From Octopus sinensis (Eukaryota), in contig NW_021828203.1 in NCBI RefSeq assembly GCF_006345805.1, positions 1 through 12,469 of the forward strand: a DNA stretch of 12,469 nt, written 5' to 3'. Made by a program: the position numbers and the translations under genes. The notes beneath the pieces were generated by a model. The model was not told where the DNA came from. It made no database searches and saw nothing but the letters and a program-made list of their open reading frames with translations. Positions 7,291 to 12,469 of the stretch are shown piece after piece (positions within the stretch are counted from its first letter, which is position 1; each line of letters opens with the position of its first letter).

Positions 7291-8395
7291 AGTTGTGGAA
7301 ACTTCAAATAAATTTTTGATCAATATAGAATGAAAGGCAGTCGGAACACAAGGGAATTCCTAAAGTAATTGAGGCAACACCGCCACCGCTAACACCGCCA
7401 TCCAAGCAACACCACCACCACCAACAACAACAACGCTACCATCACCACCACCATCAACATCACCATCAACACACGCTCACCAACAGCAGCAACAAAGCTG
7501 GCGTCACCACCACCACCACCACTTCCACCATCACCACCACCTCCACCATCTCCACCACCTCCACCACCACCACCACCTCCACCTCCACTACCACCACCAC
7601 TACCACCACCATCGACATCACCAGTACGAACACCAACACCATCGCCACCACTATTGCTATATCTCAAACACCACTACCACCACCACCACAACTACTAAGA
7701 CAACCACCACCGCCACCGACGCCACCACCAGCACCAACACCATCAGCAGCAATAGCACCACCAATAACAAAAACAACAATACCACCATACTCCCACGATA
7801 TACAACACCTCCGCTATCTCCGACGCCACAACTTCTACCACCACCACCAACACCATTTGCCACTATTCACACAAGCAACACAACGCCCTGATCATCATCA
7901 CCACCACCAACACCACCTCCCCGAACACAACCACTAACAACAACATCATCAACAACAACAACAACAATACCACGCTGACACGATTTATACACCAGCGTTA
8001 CAACCCTTTTTTCACACACACCGTCAACAAGAGCGCCACCTCCATCAAAACATACAAACCACCAGCAGCACTACTACCAAAACCACAACTACTGCCATCA
8101 ACTCCCCCACCATCACCGCTTCTACAGGAACATGCACCACAAGCATGAAGACCACAACTGCTCATGCTATTAACACCACAAGAGTCAATATCGCAGCCAA
8201 CAGTAAGAGGACGAAAGCCAACATTTTCACAAGCATCTCAATCTAACGTACCTTTGAATAAATATCAACAACACCACTATAAAGACCACTGCCACCACCA
8301 TTAATACCACCTGCATCACCATCTTTACTGCTATCTTCAATAACGTCCTCAACTACTAACAAAAAGTCCACCAACATCATGAACACCATCAAAAC

Positions 8396-8585
8396 GTCCA
8401 ACGTTGTCAATGCTGTCAAAGTCGTCAGCGCCGTCAACTCCGCCAACGCCGTCGACGCTGTCAACGTCGTCAACGCTGTCAACGTCGTCAACGCTGTCAA
8501 CGTCGTCAACGCTGTCAACGTCGTCAACGCTGTCAACGTCGTCAACGCCGTCAACGTTGTTAAAACCGTCAATGCCGTCAACGTA
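8396..8585. repeat. 18-bp minisatellite GTCAACGTCGTCAACGCT built from 9-bp subunits
   Basis: Four perfect units at 8460-8531, a fifth with a terminal C at 8532-8549, and degenerate 9-mers on both sides. Confidence 0.95.
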
Positions 8586-9304
8586 GCCATCCACACTTAA
8601 ATCATCACTATCATCACCATGATATACACCACACCACCACCATCACCATCATCATCACTATCCTTACCGTCACTAAGATCAGGAGCGCCACCAAATACCG
8701 CCGCTCCCAAATCACCATCAATGCAACAATCTCGACTAACACCATCATCATTACCATCCACATCATTACCACGACCACCACGATCACCAACTCCGCCGCT
8801 TCTACCAACACTACTACCACGACCACAATCAGCTCTACCTCCACTGCCGCCATCACGACCACGACTACCATCATCATTAAAATCACCACCATCATCACCA
8901 CCACCACCACCACCACCACCACCACCAAGACCAAGGCTATCATCTCCACATCATGGTCATTACTAAGACCAACATCGTGGTCATTACTATCGCTCAGATC
9001 ATCATCAATTCTACGACTACCATGAACATCACAATTGCCATCATTAATACACCATCAAGATTCTCGCAACAAGCACTATCATATCTATTGAGACTATCAT
9101 ACTAAGATCACTTCACATCTTAGACCACAGCTACATATTAGACCACCATCAACACCACTGCCATTAAGGACATCGTTAACACCAACGTCAGAAACAACAG
9201 CACGAAAACGACGACCATTTCAACTAAGAGTGGTATGACCATTACCATCTTTGAAACCATCGTCCAACATCACCATCTACTACTGTTCACATTATGACAG
9301 AAAT

Positions 9305-9560
9305 CATCACCACCACCACCACCACCATAACCATTGTCTTCATCATCACCACCACCACCACTATCAATATTATCACCGTTGTCATCATCATCATCACCAC
9401 CACCACAACCACCATCATTGTCTTCATCATCATCATCATCACCACCACCACCGCCACAACCACCATCATTGTCTTCATCATCACCACCACCACCTCCACC
9501 ACCACCACAACTATCAATATTATCACCGTTGTCATCATCATCATCACCACAACCACTACC
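9305..9560. repeat. Higher-order repeat of two modules inside the ACC/ATC field
   Basis: The 41-nt ACTATCAATATTATCACCGTTGTCATCATCATCATCACCAC is identical at 9360-9400 and 9510-9550. CATTGTCTTCATCATCA occurs three times. Confidence 0.9.
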
Positions 9561-9627
9561 ATCTTCTTCATTATCAGAAAGACCATCATTGCCAACATCG
9601 CCGTCCTGAGAAGTACTACTACTACTA

Positions 9628-9663
<36 letters not shown>

Positions 9664-10324
9664 AACTACTACTACTATTACCGTAACTATGGTATCCATC
9701 ATCACAGCAGCCATTAACACCACGAATACAGCAGCCATCGCCACCACGAACAACACCAACACAAAACAACAACAACACCAACACCAACACCAAGACAAGG
9801 ACACCAACGACGCCGCCGACGCCTGAGTGTCACCACCCATCTCACCCTCATAACCATTCACACCACTACAGCCGCCACAAATACAGTCACCACCACCACC
9901 CCACCACCACCACGGCCATAATAACTAGTATGGCCTTCATCCCGCCCGGAATGTAACAAATTACAACAGCGTTCGTGCCGAGCTATCAGACGTTACAGAT
10001 CAAACGGCCTCGCACACTGTTATTGATTTTGTCAACTTCAGACAGTGAAGCAAGCACTCAGCCAGCACAAGGGTTGACGCCCGGTGTGATTGCTTGGAAG
10101 ACGACGACGACGCGCGTGTGTGTGTGACTTGCCTCGCGTCTGACGAGTAGTGTACGCGTGTGAGTAGGAGTGTGTACGCGTTTGTGCGTGTGCGTGTGCG
10201 TGTGCGTATATTTGTGTACGTCTGCATGTGTTTGTGTACGTGTGAGGTCGTGTGTATGTGTGTGTGTGTGTGGTGCATCTATGTGATTGTGCAGTTATAT
10301 GCATGTGTATACGTGCATATCTAG

Positions 10325-10417
10325 ATATATGTTTATGTATAGATGTATATAGTGTATGTATATAAATATCTATCTATCTATCTATCTATCTGTCTATCTC
10401 TCTCTCTCTCTCTCCAT

Positions 10418-10464
<47 letters not shown>

Positions 10465-10514
10465 TACATATATATATATAAATACATACCACAATATATA
10501 TACATATATATATA

Positions 10515-10563
<49 letters not shown>

Positions 10564-10612
10564 AGTCAATACATATACATATACGGTGCCGCACATATGG
10601 CTATATTTATAT

Positions 10613-10665
<53 letters not shown>

Positions 10666-10680
10666 ATGCCTATATATCTA
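10325..10680. repeat. (ATCT)n-(CT)n-(TA)n microsatellite field
   Basis: Direct reading. Confidence 0.95.
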
Positions 10681-10769
10681 TATGTGCTTATTTGTACATC
10701 TATGTTTGCCTATGAATCCATGTGTATGCTTATTTGTGTGTGTGTATGTATGTCTGTGAATGTGCGAGC

Positions 10770-10784
10770 GGGCGGGCGGGCGGG
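10770..10784 (+). other. Canonical G-quadruplex motif GGGCGGGCGGGCGGG (also overlapping GGGCGG GC-boxes)
   Basis: Four G3 runs with 1-nt loops. Confidence 0.6.
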
Positions 10785-10893
10785 CGGACGTGGTGGTGGT
10801 GTGCGTGAGTGATTGTACGAACAACGAGATTCGTGTTGGCGGTGCTCGTGATGGCCTTCATTGAAACTCTGGCTGGTGGAGATGAGCGTGAGT

Positions 10894-10912
10894 GGGGGGG
10901 GGGGGGGGCGGG
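10894..10912 (+). other. G15 homopolymer plus CGGG, G-quadruplex-capable
   Basis: Direct reading. Confidence 0.55.
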
Positions 10913-11114
10913 TGGATGAAGCAGAAGCTTAAGCAATGGAGTTTCGTGTGTTGGCCACGTTGGCTAAGTAGACGCTCGGGTGAAGCACTGAGAACACTTG
11001 GGAGCGTATAGTGTAACGGCAACATAAAGGAATTTATGTAACCTATGAATCGGCCATAATTTCTGTATTGCATTTCATATTGTCTTTCACTAAATGAGAT
11101 AGGGTCGACTGCGC

Positions 11115-11348
11115 AGTTATATGTATGTATGTATGTACGTACGTATGTATGCATGCACGTCTGTATCTATGTTCGTATACATGTACGTTTGTGTGTATAT
11201 ATACGCATATACATGAATATATGTATATATATATATACATATATATTTATACATATATATACATATATATAACATATATATCTATATGTCAATTATCAAT
11301 ATCAATATATATATATATATATATATATAGATAATTATTATATATATA

Positions 11349-11401
<53 letters not shown>
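11115..11401. repeat. (TATG)n/(TA)n array
   Basis: Direct reading. Confidence 0.95.
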
Positions 11402-11406
<5 letters not shown>

Positions 11407-11714
11407 GCCTCACAAGCTTGGATGGACGATGATTTTAGATAAGCTTGCATAATCCTGATTGCCATACACTCATGAACACACAGTCACTCATTCTCCCTCT
11501 CTTACTTCCCCCCCCTCTCTCTCTATCTCAGATATATATTTCCGACATTGTGTGTGCGTGCGTATGTGTGTTTGTATGTATTTCGTATGCGAACGTGTGT
11601 TAATAAGGATTACGCAAGGATAACTAAATCTATTGTGCATCCAAGCCTTTTTATACGCACACGCACATATAGTAATGCAAACATGCGTAAGCCCATACGT
11701 ATACACATACAGTG

Positions 11715-11762
11715 GCGGCACATGGCTATATATACATACATATAATATATATACATATATAT

Positions 11763-11797
<35 letters not shown>

Positions 11798-11893
11798 TCT
11801 ATATATATATAATATAATAATATATATATATATATCTATATATAAACATATATATATATATATATTATATATATATACATACATATATATATA

Positions 11894-11931
<38 letters not shown>

Positions 11932-11935
11932 GATG
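11715..11935. repeat. Interrupted (TA)n array
   Basis: Direct reading. Confidence 0.95.
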
Positions 11936-12204
11936 TAAATGTACACATATAAGGCTCCTCATTACAGGCGGGTGTGTGTATGTTTGCGTATGCTTATGTG
12001 TGTCTGTTTGTGAGTGTATATATGTGCTTGTATATGTAGTAATAACAAACATCAACTGGAAACGGTCATTGAATTGGTTACAAATTGCAGCTAAAACTCT
12101 CTGTAATCACGCGTTCTATCTCACAAAAAGGAAGGACTTATTCGATAATGCAGCACTAGACACAATATGTTAGAGAAAAATAAAAATAAAACAAAAACCG
12201 AATG

Positions 12205-12281
12205 GAAATGGCTGGAACGCCTTTTGATCATCAGTCTGCTTGATCAAATCTAACCTGGTATTCAACAACAACAACAATAAC
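12205..12281 (+). mobile_element. Probable 3' terminus of another SINE or LINE (stem-loop plus (AAC)n tail)
   Basis: Perfect 8-bp stem TTTGATCA (12223-12230) / TGATCAAA (12241-12248) shortly before an (AAC)n tail. There is no second copy in the window. Confidence 0.45.
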
Positions 12282-12469
12282 AGAAGTAGCAGCAGCAGCA
12301 GCAGCAGTGGCAATACCGACAACGAGGATATTCTTAACTACCAGTTTACCTATCATGTCTGCTTTAATTACCTACGAATCAACGAGAGAAGCCTCTGTAC
12401 AATCAAGTCGAAAGGCTTGAAATAACAGAGAAATCACTCTCAAATGAGTCTCTGACAGCCTAAAATAAA

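Larger units (their letters stand above)
7376..9925. repeat. Long decayed trinucleotide field (ACC/ATC/AAC/ACT), strongly A+C-skewed
   Basis: Triplet periodicity throughout with repeated phase shifts; no single continuous ORF. Confidence 0.85.

Noticed and set aside
8396-8585. CRISPR-like array
   Set aside because: Contiguous tandem units with no unique spacers, in a eukaryotic context.
8243-8600. VNAVNV / TALTTL repeat proteins (antifreeze- or mucin-like)
   Set aside because: Four overlapping frames arise from the 18-bp minisatellite; nothing favours one.
9251-9826. 191-aa His-rich ORF as a cephalopod histidine-rich or metal-binding protein
   Set aside because: All three plus-strand frames and a minus-strand frame are open over the same repeat. 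It lacks the Gly-His-Gly-type repeats of squid beak proteins and has no signal peptide or splice context.
10140-10147. CTGACGAG hammerhead core on the plus strand
   Set aside because: No downstream GAAA or supporting stems.
393-12425. Most ORF-track entries (YI/HT/CV-rich, poly-N/R/S/L)
   Set aside because: They are translations of microsatellites that lack stop codons by composition; no domain motifs.

Overview
Eukaryotic, AT-rich, microsatellite-saturated non-genic DNA. The repeat content looks like coleoid cephalopod (octopus-type) genomic DNA; this rests on recognition of the SINE families, not on a database check. No intact host gene is supported, and almost all ORF-track entries are microsatellite artefacts. 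The only protein homology is two tandem, decayed restriction-like endonuclease (RLE) domains of R4/Dong-type non-LTR retrotransposons (3802-4503), sitting in an (AAT)n nest. The nest also holds an unclassified ~560-bp repeat ('family X') and a short tRNA-headed SINE that shares X's 3' end. A second tRNA-derived SINE family with an internal microsatellite occurs as one full copy and four fragments. The most striking feature is two minimal type I hammerhead-ribozyme folds on the minus strand (785-834 and 1322-1388). Their palindromic stem III 9-mers are exact complements of each other, suggesting a possible heterodimeric double hammerhead. Both catalytic cores carry substitutions, so activity is unproven. 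The right half is a ~2.5-kb decayed (ACC)n field with embedded minisatellites, followed by TA/CA/GA arrays and two G-quadruplex motifs.
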